From positions 120,107 through 184,106 of the forward strand of contig JAKAKR010000013.1 of the NCBI GenBank assembly GCA_021813435.1: DNA of 64,000 nt, given 5' to 3'. Positions 42,891-52,982 of this stretch are shown one piece after another. Position 1 is the first letter of the stretch, and every line of letters begins with the position of its first letter. The position numbers were made by a program, and so were the translations under genes. The notes below the pieces were generated by a model that saw only the letters and a program-made list of their open reading frames with translations, had not been told where the DNA came from and searched no databases. This DNA is from Nanobdellota archaeon (lineage in GTDB: Archaea; Nanobdellota; Nanobdellia; Woesearchaeales; UBA9642).

Positions 42891-42999
42891 CATAAAAAAA
42901 TTAATAAAGAATCGAAAATCATTGGAAAGTTAAAGGGGTATTGAGGGGTTTATTGCATAGAGGAAGACGCGCGTTAGCGGAACCATAGACAAACACGAT

Positions 43000-44019
43000 A
43001 TGAAACAATCAAGATATATCAATATCGGTATAACCATCGTTGCAATAATCATCATGCTTTTCCTTTTCGAGACCGTTCTACAAATAATGCATTATCATTA
43101 TAGTCCGATTACGCTCAAGATGGATAACATCACTGCAAAAACTGACTTTAGGAATGCGCATGCATTCGAAGATGTATACACTACCTATGATGCAAAGCTT
43201 CTGTGGAAAGCAAGAGCGGGCAGCAGAGCGTTTAATGATCAAGGATTTATCGGAAGGGAGATAAACAATACGAACGCACAATACTATAGGATAATTGTGA
43301 TCGGAGATTCAAATGTTGCAGGAATCCCTCTCAATCCGATAACATGGCCTGAAGCATTGAACCAAGAATTAGAGAAGAATAATCACAAGGTCATAGTATT
43401 GAACGCAGGCATGTGGGGATATTCTGCGTACCAAGGGCTTGAACGGTTTAAACAAGTAGAATCCGAATACAAACCGGATATGATTCTTGTAAGTTTCGGA
43501 TCCAATGATGCGCAGCAGGTTAAGATTTCTGATAAATCGTGGAGGGGTGCGAGTACGTTGCAGAATATCACCGTACCACTAATCGAATACAGCAAGGTTG
43601 CCCAGTTTATCCTTTCAATAACCGACAGGATTCGTGCAAGAAGCGGGGGTAATACCACACTTACCCCCCGAGTATCAGTAGCGGATTATAAAACATACCT
43701 CGAAGAGATGATTCTTGGTTCAAGAAAATATAACACTACCATCGTTCTGCTTACGAGACCGTACCGATTCTTTCCGGGAGAGAGAGAAAATCCTGATCCT
43801 ACCGTCTGGAAGACATATGCTGCAGATTATCGTAATGCAACGATAGCGATCGGCGAGAAGTACAATGTAACAGTCATCGATGTCTATGCACTTTTCGAGA
43901 ATAAAACGGAATATTTCAGGGATGAATCACATTTTACTGATGAAGGTGCAAGCATTGCAGGAGAACTTATTGCCAAGCAGATTGATATACCCATTATGAC
44001 GCCCCGCACTACAAATTAA
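43000..44019 (+). CDS. SGNH/GDSL-family hydrolase, membrane-anchored
   Basis: N-terminal TM. Block I VIGDSNVAG, block III FGSNDA, block V DESHFTDEG. Confidence 0.7.
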   Translation: MKQSRYINIGITIVAIIIMLFLFETVLQIMHYHYSPITLKMDNITAKTDFRNAHAFEDVYTTYDAKLLWKARAGSRAFNDQGFIGREINNTNAQYYRIIVIGDSNVAGIPLNPITWPEALNQELEKNNHKVIVLNAGMWGYSAYQGLERFKQVESEYKPDMILVSFGSNDAQQVKISDKSWRGASTLQNITVPLIEYSKVAQFILSITDRIRARSGGNTTLTPRVSVADYKTYLEEMILGSRKYNTTIVLLTRPYRFFPGERENPDPTVWKTYAADYRNATIAIGEKYNVTVIDVYALFENKTEYFRDESHFTDEGASIAGELIAKQIDIPIMTPRTTN

Positions 44020-44039
44020 ACTGACCGGAGTACAAGAGA

Positions 44040-45047
44040 GTGAAAACCAAAAAGGCAAGAACAACAATGCAAAAGAATCCGAAGACCAAAAAACAACGTA
44101 AATACCTCCTACTAAAGATAGTGCTCATCGCAATACTTGTCCTCGGAGCGATAGAGATCACATTACGTATCGTCGGAAATGAGTATATCACCAAAAATTA
44201 TGTGCAAGATATTAAAGGCAGGGATATCGCAAATGCGACAGTCATCATGGCTGTCGGAGAATCATCAACCGTGGGACTATGGCTTCCATATCGTGAATCA
44301 TATCCTGCGCAACTTGAAAGCAGGTTGCAGAAAACATACCTGGATAAAAATGTCAGGATAATTGTTCCGATGTTTGTGGGCCAGAACACCGACCAAGTCG
44401 CTAATCGCATTGAAAAACATATCCAGATGTATCATCCAAAGATTATCCTGCTCATGGTCGGATATAATAATGAGTGGTCGCTTGCAGAAAGCCGTATCGG
44501 AAACTTTGTCAAAGGGCCGGAAAGTGCAAAGATCAAACTCGCCGTTTTCCTGAGTGAGTTCAGAATCTTTCGTGTATTGCGGTACGGGTACATCGCACTT
44601 CGGGTAAACAAGGACAATTTATATCGTCAACAAATTGAAGGGCAGAAATATATCTGGGGTGGGCCGGAACTTGTACGCACTCCTCCGCCGAATGAGGTAT
44701 ATGAATTTGCAAAGGCGCATCAACCCGAATTTGTCGAGTTATGGGATTATGACATGCATGAGATCATACGCGTCGCAAAAGAAAACAATGTCACCGTTAT
44801 CATCATGACCTATCACATCAATCCGACGTATCTCAACGCAAGTGAGTTTGAGAAGATGGCCATAGCAGAACAGGTATATCTGGTAAGGAATGATATCTCA
44901 TTTCGACCATTGATAGAGAATAATACCATCGACGATTATCTCCTGAGTGATCATTGGCATCCCAATGCGCAAGGATATGCGATCATTGCGGATAATGCAT
45001 ATCAAATGATAGTGGAGAATCAGTTGCTCAATAGCAGTGGAGAATAA
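44040..45047 (+). CDS. SGNH-like hydrolase, membrane-anchored (divergent blocks)
   Basis: N-terminal TM. AVGESSTVG, VGYNNEW and SDHWHPNAQG motifs. GTG start; an alternative ATG lies at 44067. Confidence 0.6.
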   Translation: MKTKKARTTMQKNPKTKKQRKYLLLKIVLIAILVLGAIEITLRIVGNEYITKNYVQDIKGRDIANATVIMAVGESSTVGLWLPYRESYPAQLESRLQKTYLDKNVRIIVPMFVGQNTDQVANRIEKHIQMYHPKIILLMVGYNNEWSLAESRIGNFVKGPESAKIKLAVFLSEFRIFRVLRYGYIALRVNKDNLYRQQIEGQKYIWGGPELVRTPPPNEVYEFAKAHQPEFVELWDYDMHEIIRVAKENNVTVIIMTYHINPTYLNASEFEKMAIAEQVYLVRNDISFRPLIENNTIDDYLLSDHWHPNAQGYAIIADNAYQMIVENQLLNSSGE

Positions 45048-45077
45048 AGAGAGTTATAGAAGGGCAAAGAACAGCGA

Positions 45078-45764
45078 TTAGCGTGACAGTCGTAGCTTTA
45101 TCATGACAATGAATGAGCGTATTCCAACGCCGATAGAATTCTTCTTTCCTTCATTTCTGTCCCGCGAGCGATAATGGATCGACAGTTCTATCACGCGGTT
45201 TTTCTTGATGGAGAGCTTAGCTGCAATTTCGGGGTCAATCTCAAAACCGCACTCTTTTAGTGAAGAAACATCGATTGCGGATTTCCTGAACAGTTTATAA
45301 CAGGTCAAGACATCAGAAAATGTCGTCTTAAAAAGGACATTAAATGCATGGGTAAGGAACCAATTCCCGAATCGGTAAGTAAAAGACATACGCGTTTTTC
45401 CCTGAAGGAATCGCGATCCGAACACGACATCCGCTGTTCCGCGCAGGATCGGTTTCAAAAGCGCGGGAATATCTTTAGGGGAGTATTCAAGGTCTGCGTC
45501 ATGAATAAGGATAATCTCTCCACGGGCGATTGCAAGTCCTTTACGCACCGCGTTGCCTTTTCCAAGATTTTTTTTGCAATGGATGATTCGGATGTGTGGG
45601 CGGTGGTTAAATGTCAAAAGCACCTTGCGGGTATTATCTGTACTTCCATCATTGACAATGATGATTTCGTATTCAAGAGGGAATCTTGTTGAAGAAATCT
45701 CCTCGATAGCATGGGATATGAACTGCTGTTCATTATAAACCGGAACGATAATAGAGAGCATCAT
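45078..45764 (-). CDS. GT2 glycosyltransferase (DPM1-like, soluble)
   Basis: LSIIVPVYNEQ, IIIVNDGSTDNT, NLGKGNAVRKG and IHDADLEYSP motifs. Confidence 0.8.
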   Translation of the reverse strand: MMLSIIVPVYNEQQFISHAIEEISSTRFPLEYEIIIVNDGSTDNTRKVLLTFNHRPHIRIIHCKKNLGKGNAVRKGLAIARGEIILIHDADLEYSPKDIPALLKPILRGTADVVFGSRFLQGKTRMSFTYRFGNWFLTHAFNVLFKTTFSDVLTCYKLFRKSAIDVSSLKECGFEIDPEIAAKLSIKKNRVIELSIHYRSRDRNEGKKNSIGVGIRSFIVMIKLRLSR

Positions 45765-45804
45765 GTAAATGGCATTATCCGATCCTATGCAGGATTATAT
45801 CTTC

Positions 45805-47208
45805 TTAAGATTTTTCTTTCATCTGTCGATGAAGTGTCTTTCTTAAACGACGTACCCGTGATTTTAAAAATGTTGTCACATAACGTGGCCGAAAATAATA
45901 CTCCCTAAACGCGAGGGAGAGCATTTCCGAAATATCTTTCGGGTTGAGATCCGGATGTCTGATAACAGGAGATAACAGATTATATGTTTCATAGTCATAA
46001 GTCAGAATGCGATTGCTTTTTTTCATATCCGCAAAGAGTGGTGTTCCGGGGTAGGGTGTAAAGATTGAAAATTTTGCAAGAGTGGTGTTCAATGTTTTTG
46101 CATAGGTTAATGTTGCACGCATTGATTCTTTGGTATCTGTATCATATCCGAAGATGTAGAATGCGGCGATAGTGATCCCGTTCTTTTCTGCAAATCGTAT
46201 CAATGATTCATCACGGGGAGAGCAATTGATGACGCGCTTATTATGGATTCCTACTTTAGCGTTTATTGTTTCCATACCGACATTGATATTGCAGAGTCCA
46301 ACATCGCGCATCATAAGGATCTTTTTTTCGTCAAGGATAGATAACCTTGTCTCTATTCCCCATTGCAGGGGAAGTCTGTGCTTGCGTAGTTCGGCGCAGA
46401 ATTCTTCAATATAGCCCGGGGTCAGACCAAAGACCGGATCTCGAAACTGGAATCCTCGAATGCCGAATTTCGTGTAGAGATAATGCATATCCCCGACTAC
46501 TTTTTTTGGCGAGCGTAGATTGATTTTCGAACCTTGAAAATGCGGGTATAGACAGTAATAGGAACAACTGAAAGGACAGCCTTTTGAACTCTGCAATGTA
46601 AAAAAAGGTCTACGGGTTATTGCAGGATAATAGTTATAGCTTCGTATAGGGAATCCTTCAAGTTCAGGACGGGGGAGTGAGTCCATGTCAACATTCCCAT
46701 GAACAGTAATTACGTCACGAAGTTCAGCGATGTCCGCAAAAATGTTGAGGAAATATTTTTCAAAATCTCCTTTGATGATGAAATCAGCATTGGTAAAAAG
46801 TTCAGGCATTGTCGAAGGGAATGGGCCGATAAATCCTATTCTTGAATGAGGAAACCGTTCTTTCAATTCCCGGCAGACCTTATTTTCATGAGTATAATCA
46901 ACGATTGATCCGAAGATTAATATGACGGTAAACTCCTCTTGCGGCAGCGTCCCTTCAAAATAGGTTGCACGGATTCCTCGCGCTTTGAAAATACCCATCA
47001 GGAATGCAAGAGAGATGATGGGCAATTTCACCATACGTTTTTTGAAGGACCCGATGATTTTTTCAAAAACCGTGTTAGAATGATCGTCAGCAGTCCCGAA
47101 ACCGCAAAGATCCTTATTCATTGCATAATGCTTTTTCGTATTTACGATATTTACGACTGCAAAAGAAGGTTTCGAAGATCCATAAAAAGAATTTTTTTGG
47201 CGGAGCAT
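45805..47208 (-). CDS. class B-like radical SAM protein with unusual CX3CX3C motif
   Basis: N-terminal Rossmann-like domain. KGCPFSCSYYC was verified from the DNA (46552-46578). The downstream radical SAM core includes GIETRL.. and NVGMET. Confidence 0.65.
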   Translation of the reverse strand: MLRQKNSFYGSSKPSFAVVNIVNTKKHYAMNKDLCGFGTADDHSNTVFEKIIGSFKKRMVKLPIISLAFLMGIFKARGIRATYFEGTLPQEEFTVILIFGSIVDYTHENKVCRELKERFPHSRIGFIGPFPSTMPELFTNADFIIKGDFEKYFLNIFADIAELRDVITVHGNVDMDSLPRPELEGFPIRSYNYYPAITRRPFFTLQSSKGCPFSCSYYCLYPHFQGSKINLRSPKKVVGDMHYLYTKFGIRGFQFRDPVFGLTPGYIEEFCAELRKHRLPLQWGIETRLSILDEKKILMMRDVGLCNINVGMETINAKVGIHNKRVINCSPRDESLIRFAEKNGITIAAFYIFGYDTDTKESMRATLTYAKTLNTTLAKFSIFTPYPGTPLFADMKKSNRILTYDYETYNLLSPVIRHPDLNPKDISEMLSLAFREYYFRPRYVTTFLKSRVRRLRKTLHRQMKEKS

Positions 47209-47520
47209 GGTGTTTGTTTGAGGTAAAATGTAAATGCCAGAGACATCTTATGGACGCAATATCTGCAAGATTCAAAGGCATATGTCCTGCCATGATAAAA
47301 CAATGTAAATTTATAAAGCTGTTGTTACAGTATTGTCACAGCGTATTATATAACTATAACCGCCGATAGTAAGACTGATGATAGCAATGCAGATAATTGC
47401 GATCGATAATAATAATGACCCAGATAACCGCGATATTGGCAGCATCAATCAGTTTCAACAATTTTATAAACATCATCCCATTAATAGAACGATTGAGATA
47501 ATCAATCACGATAGAAGACA

Positions 47521-49008
47521 ATGATTCAAAAGGACCGACATCACAACGTATTAAGAACAGACATTCTATTTGTAAGTCTTCCTCTATCATTGAAAGAACG
47601 GCATGGTACGAACGCGCAAGAAGTGGGGGGTTATCTTCCGCCCCTCGGAATCGCGTATCTTGCAGCATATGCTCGATCCCATGGATTCAGTGTCGGAATC
47701 ATCGATAATGCTATCGAAAATAATACGACAGCAACACTCATCAATAAGGTTCTTAAAGCGCATCCAAAAGTCGTCGGGATATCCGCATTAACACCGCACT
47801 ATTTTAAGGCGGTAGAATTTGCCCAAGGACTGAAGAAACAAGATAAAGATATCGTAATCATTCTTGGCGGACCCCACGCAACGATTATGCCAAAGGAATC
47901 CATAAACGAAGGATGTTTTGATATACTGGTCCGCGGCGAGGGAGAGTTGACCATAAAAGAAGTACTAGATGCATTAAAGAGACAGCGATGGAATAAAGAT
48001 AATTTTTTGAAAGATCATGATACATTACAACAGATTAAAGGGATTGTATTCCGGAAACATAAAGAGATCATCATTACACCCCCACGAGAACGGATCGCGG
48101 ATCTCGATGAACTTCCCTTTCCGGCATGGGATTTACTGCCCATGGAAAAATATCTTCCATTACCTAATCAATACAAAAGAAAGCCCGTAACAAGCCTGGT
48201 CGTCATAAGAGGATGCCCATTCAATTGTAGTTTCTGCTCAAGCAGCCAGTTCTTCGGTCGAAAAGTTCGAGCGATGAGCCCTGAACGGGTCATAGAACTT
48301 ATGCGCCACTTAAAGAAGACATATCATATCAAAGAGATAGATTTTTGGGATGATATGCTCACCATAGACAAGAAATGGATGCATAGATTATGTCGATTGA
48401 TGATCAGTAAAAAGATCGATATGAGCTGGACATGTTATGCACGTGTCGATTCAGTCGATGAAAAACTATTGGCGCATATGAAGAATGCGGGATGTTGGAG
48501 TATTTTTTTCGGGTATGAATCAGGAAGCCAGGAATTATTGGATAATATCGGCAAGGGCATCACGATAGAACAGATAATACGTACAAACGCATTATGTAAA
48601 AAAGTAGGGATAGAGATAAGAGCGGCATTTATGTTGGGACTTCCAGGAGAGACTCCCGAATTAGGGAGAAAGACCATCGAATTCGCAAAGAAGTTAAATC
48701 CTGATTATGCGCAATTTGCAATCACAACCCCATTTCCGGGAACAAAACTATATGCTGATGCAAAAAGATACGGTACGTTAAAAAAAAATTTTACTGCATA
48801 CACGGGATGGAAAGCAGTATTTGTTCCATACGGATATAAAAATGCGGAGCAGATAGAAGAATTAAAGATAATGGCAATAAAAGAATTCCATATCAGGCTC
48901 GCATATATGATGAATCGACTTCAAAAGATCGACAGCCTAGAAGACATTTCACGGTACGTGAAGGGGATGAGACTGCTTGCAGGGTTTAGACAAAAGAAAA
49001 AGAGATGA
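47521..49008 (+). CDS. cobalamin-binding (class B) radical SAM protein
   Basis: GGYLPPLGIAYLAAY... and VVGISALT.. (B12-binding-like domain), then RGCPFNCSFC and FGYESGS. Confidence 0.8.
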   Translation: MIQKDRHHNVLRTDILFVSLPLSLKERHGTNAQEVGGYLPPLGIAYLAAYARSHGFSVGIIDNAIENNTTATLINKVLKAHPKVVGISALTPHYFKAVEFAQGLKKQDKDIVIILGGPHATIMPKESINEGCFDILVRGEGELTIKEVLDALKRQRWNKDNFLKDHDTLQQIKGIVFRKHKEIIITPPRERIADLDELPFPAWDLLPMEKYLPLPNQYKRKPVTSLVVIRGCPFNCSFCSSSQFFGRKVRAMSPERVIELMRHLKKTYHIKEIDFWDDMLTIDKKWMHRLCRLMISKKIDMSWTCYARVDSVDEKLLAHMKNAGCWSIFFGYESGSQELLDNIGKGITIEQIIRTNALCKKVGIEIRAAFMLGLPGETPELGRKTIEFAKKLNPDYAQFAITTPFPGTKLYADAKRYGTLKKNFTAYTGWKAVFVPYGYKNAEQIEELKIMAIKEFHIRLAYMMNRLQKIDSLEDISRYVKGMRLLAGFRQKKKR

Positions 49009-49069
49009 ATATAAGAAAAGAGGTGAATATAAGAATTGATAAGATATGATCCAGAAAAACAGCCCAATA

Positions 49070-49591
49070 TCATTCATGGACTCCATCAGATCGTTCTAAC
49101 ACCATAAAATTATTAAGACCGCATTGAAAAGAAGAATACGTAACGACGCGGAATCCACACGCATCGGCAAGTGCATATAATTCATGTTTACGCCAATACT
49201 TTTTATGTTCTAGAATATTTTTTCTATCAACAATCCGCAAGAATGAAAGTACTTCAAGGATCGGTTTAGCTGCAGGAGCAGGTGTTGTCAGGATAAGGAA
49301 TCCATCCTTTCTCAGATGAGTCTTTAGCATCGACAATACAGGCTTAACACGACTCACCGTAATATGTTCCAGTACGCCAAGCATAATGATACGATCGAAT
49401 CGTTTATGTTTGAGGACAGCATAATTCTTATTGCAAAGCGTATATGTTCCCGAAACAAGGGGCCGTAACTCTCCTTTATTACCGCCGAAATCTAAAACAT
49501 CACCGTTGAGATATTTACGCGCCTGCCTAAAGCGCCGAAGTTGAAGGAAACGTTCAAGAATATTAGTGTCAGTAGGGATCATCATCACCAT
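49070..49591 (-). CDS. class I SAM-dependent methyltransferase
   Basis: VLDFGGNKG (motif I-like), RFDRIIMLGVLEHI and DGFLILTTP. I chose an internal start; the 65-aa N-terminal extension in the track looks non-coding. Confidence 0.65.
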   Translation of the reverse strand: MVMMIPTDTNILERFLQLRRFRQARKYLNGDVLDFGGNKGELRPLVSGTYTLCNKNYAVLKHKRFDRIIMLGVLEHITVSRVKPVLSMLKTHLRKDGFLILTTPAPAAKPILEVLSFLRIVDRKNILEHKKYWRKHELYALADACGFRVVTYSSFQCGLNNFMVLERSDGVHE

Positions 49592-49801
49592 AAGACAGGT
49601 ACATTTTAAAATATTGCTATTTCCAATAACCAAAAAGCGTGTGCAATCAGGGCGAGTAATAACATTGCTGCCAAGTAAATAAGTGATGCAGACACAATAC
49701 TGACCGCAATGATCATGACTTGACTTTCTCTGCAAGGAGAAGAATTTATAAAGAAAAGTAATATAAAAAAAGAAAGAATAACACATAGAACGTGTAATGC
49801 C

Positions 49802-50890
49802 ATGGCGTCAATAAAAAATAATCTTGCACATCTGAGATTCATACAACGAAAACCATTAGTGATGTTGCGAATCATAAATGGATTCTTCAGGACAATAATT
49901 CTGCGGAAGAATACGCTGCGAAGCGTGGATTGGGCAATGACCTATCGATGTAATTTTAATTGTCAATACTGCTCAGCAAAAGATCTTCAAGAACACACGG
50001 TAAAAACCGCGGAATTATCCGTTGATGAAATCAAGAAAATAGGAAGAGAAGCAAGTGCATTAGGAGCCATCCATTTCAATCTTACCGGCGGTGAACCGAC
50101 ACTCCGCGGCATTGAAACATTATGCGCCATCATCCGATCACTACGTCCAAAACAACATCTGATATCGATGGTCACCAATGCATCACTATTAAAAAAAGAG
50201 GATATCAAAAAACTTAAAGATGCAGGATTGGACACCATCCAATTATCCATTGAGAGTGTGGATCCACAAGTCCATGATACAATCCGAAGAACCGTTGACA
50301 ACCATAACAAGATCCTTGAAGTCATGCAATGGGCTAAGGCACAGAAACTCAATATCTGCCTGAGTGGTGTTCTGACAAGACATAATTTCCATGATATGCA
50401 GAAACTTATTGATTTCGCAAGAAAAGAGAAGGTCTTTTTCTTGATCAACCTCGCATCATCATCCGGAAATTGGAAATCCAATGATGACGTAAAACTTACG
50501 ACGGCGGATCTTAAGGCGTATTATGCATTATTCAAAGAAGGGCATGTACGGACAGACACCATCCTTAATTTCAGAGGAAGAAGCGGATGCCCCGCAGGAG
50601 TAGAGCGTATCTATATCAGCGCAAACGGGGAAGTTATGACCTGTCCTCATGTACAGGTCTCTTATGGCAATGTGAGGACAGAACCATTGGCAAAAATCTA
50701 TTATCGGATATCACATTTTCCTGTATTGAAGAAATTTGAAAAACATTGTCGGCACGTATTTAATAAAGCATATATCCAAGATTATGTATACCCTCAGAAA
50801 CATGCATCCCGATTGCCCGTATCCATCTTTGATCTTAAGACAGTCAAGGAACACAAAGAATTACAGGAGTTTCTTGATTCAACAAAATAA
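49802..50890 (+). CDS. radical SAM protein with SPASM/twitch-like C-terminal Cys region
   Basis: TYRCNFNCQYC (CX3CX2C), NLTGGEPTL, and C-terminal GRSGCPAG...GEVMTCPH. Confidence 0.75.
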   Translation: MASIKNNLAHLRFIQRKPLVMLRIINGFFRTIILRKNTLRSVDWAMTYRCNFNCQYCSAKDLQEHTVKTAELSVDEIKKIGREASALGAIHFNLTGGEPTLRGIETLCAIIRSLRPKQHLISMVTNASLLKKEDIKKLKDAGLDTIQLSIESVDPQVHDTIRRTVDNHNKILEVMQWAKAQKLNICLSGVLTRHNFHDMQKLIDFARKEKVFFLINLASSSGNWKSNDDVKLTTADLKAYYALFKEGHVRTDTILNFRGRSGCPAGVERIYISANGEVMTCPHVQVSYGNVRTEPLAKIYYRISHFPVLKKFEKHCRHVFNKAYIQDYVYPQKHASRLPVSIFDLKTVKEHKELQEFLDSTK

Positions 50891-50930
50891 GGGATGAAAA
50901 AACTGTTCACTGAAAGATATCAGCAGAACT

Positions 50931-52358
50931 ATGAAAGGAATATCCATGAAAACCGTATTGATAAGCCCGCCCACTAAACATATGCTCAAGACCACACTTC
51001 CTAAATACATCGAGGAAGAACGAGGAGCATATCCGCCACTCGGTCTTATGTATCTCGCATCATATCTTAAAGAGCGAGGAGAAGATATCACTGTTCTTGA
51101 CGGACAATTTCTTGATTATTCGCAGATTGAATCAGCATTGAGAAGGATCAAGCCGGATATTGTAGGTATCCAAGCATTAAGCTTTACATTGATTGATGCA
51201 TTATATGTTGCACGGATCGTAAGAAAGATTGATAAGAGGATCATTATCGTATTTGGAGGTCGACATCCGACATTATTCCCGCAGGAGACAGTGAATCTTC
51301 CTGAAGTGGATATTGTCGTGCAGGGTGAAGGAGAAATCCCCTTTCATGGATTGGTAAAGAATATCCACAACAAGGATGCATTGAAAAAGGTTAAAGGGTT
51401 GGTATTTATGGACGGAAAGCAGATCATCAATACCGGATTTGCAACAATACCAGAATTAGATACACTCCCATTTCCCGATATCGACAGTCTTCTCCTGAAG
51501 AAGTATAAGTGCCTCATCTCAAAAAAAGGCGGATTTATGACGATGATAACCAGCAGAGGCTGTCCATTCAACTGCACATTCTGCGATGAAAAACATAGCG
51601 TATTCCGATCCCGAAGCGCAAAAAATGTTGTCGATGAGATCGAAACGTACGTCGCGTCAGGAATCAAAAACATCTTTTTCTATGATGCTACATTTAGCAT
51701 CAATAAGACACGGGCCATTGCAATTTGCGATGAGATCATAACGCGGAACATCAAAGTCAATATTGAATTACGGACGCGGGTCGACTTAGTCGACGACGAC
51801 ATACTCAAAAAATTAAAACAGGCCGGATGCATCAGGATACAATACGGCATAGAATCGGGAAGCGACCACATCCTAAAGAATCTCAATAAACATACCACGG
51901 TAGAGAAGATTACCGCAGTTGTTCAGAAAACAGAAAAATACGGGTTTGAGATCCTTGCAGATTTTATGATCGGATGCCCCGGAGAAAAAAAGGAGGATAT
52001 TGAAAGGACCATCGCATTCGCATGTGCATTACCGATCGATTATGCACACTTCACGATTTTGACACCATACCCGGCGACTGAATTATATCATGAGGGACTA
52101 AAGAGAGGCATCATCAAAACAGATTATTGGAGAAGATTTGCAGAACATCCCCAAGAGGATTTTGAACCGAAGATTTGGGAAGAGCACTTCAAGAGGGAAG
52201 AACTTACAGAACTCCTCAACACCGCATATAAACGATTCTATACCAGACCGACGTATATCGCAAAACAATTCCTGAAGATGCGCTCATTCCATGAATTGAA
52301 GAAAAAGACTAAAGCAGGATTAATACTGCTTAAACATACCTCGCGTCAGAGAATGTAG
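50931..52358 (+). CDS. cobalamin-binding (class B) radical SAM protein (paralogue of 47521)
   Basis: GAYPPLGLMYLASYL and IVGIQALSF.., then SRGCPFNCTFC and YGIESGS. Confidence 0.8.
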   Translation: MKGISMKTVLISPPTKHMLKTTLPKYIEEERGAYPPLGLMYLASYLKERGEDITVLDGQFLDYSQIESALRRIKPDIVGIQALSFTLIDALYVARIVRKIDKRIIIVFGGRHPTLFPQETVNLPEVDIVVQGEGEIPFHGLVKNIHNKDALKKVKGLVFMDGKQIINTGFATIPELDTLPFPDIDSLLLKKYKCLISKKGGFMTMITSRGCPFNCTFCDEKHSVFRSRSAKNVVDEIETYVASGIKNIFFYDATFSINKTRAIAICDEIITRNIKVNIELRTRVDLVDDDILKKLKQAGCIRIQYGIESGSDHILKNLNKHTTVEKITAVVQKTEKYGFEILADFMIGCPGEKKEDIERTIAFACALPIDYAHFTILTPYPATELYHEGLKRGIIKTDYWRRFAEHPQEDFEPKIWEEHFKREELTELLNTAYKRFYTRPTYIAKQFLKMRSFHELKKKTKAGLILLKHTSRQRM

Positions 52359-52410
52359 ACGGGTACTTGATTCTCGAGATAGGCGGCATACCTATACCAC
52401 ATGATATTAA

Positions 52411-52908
52411 TCAAAAATACTCATTAAGGATATTGCGCAGTGATTCTTTCCAGAATGATAACCGCACCCGCATAAGCGAAGGGGTAAATTCAATCATGCC
52501 ATACCCGAGATTAAAACGGGAATCGCCATCGTCAGTCCAATGCACATCAATCTGTTTGATGCGCATACGTTTTCGCTCTGCAAGGAGCAAGAGTTCTGTA
52601 TCAAAAAACCAATTATCATTCTTGATATGATGAGCGATCTTTCGGAAGCGTTTCGAATTCATCGCCTTGAAACCACATTGATAATCAGCGATAGGGTTCA
52701 TAAACAGGATCTTGACTAAAAAATTGTATGCACGAGAACAAGCATTTCTTACAGGATACTCAGGCCTTCAGGCCTGAGAGGTTCATTTTTTAAGAAATTG
52801 AATGAGTTGCATAGTGGCCCGCGTCAAAGAATGTTCTTCATTATAGACGGGGATAATGATGACGACAAGGTCTTTTGTACGGCCTACATGATGTCCGCCG
52901 GGGGTCAT
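52411..52908 (-). pseudogene. GT2 glycosyltransferase with internal deletion (N-terminal 41 codons plus C-terminal ~96 codons)
   Basis: Hand translation of 52783-52908 gives MTPGGHHVGRTKDLVVIIIPVYNEEHSLTRATMQLIQFLKK*. 52411-52701 encodes ...CGFKAMN...FFDTELLLLAE...IDVHWTDDGDS. The middle of the fold (DxD region) is absent. A TATA-like box is retained at 52930-52938. Confidence 0.6.
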
Positions 52909-52982
52909 AGCATCAGGTAATGATTAAAACTTATAAATCTGCCGCTCGATCAGATCAAGATACATAATAATACATCGCTTCA

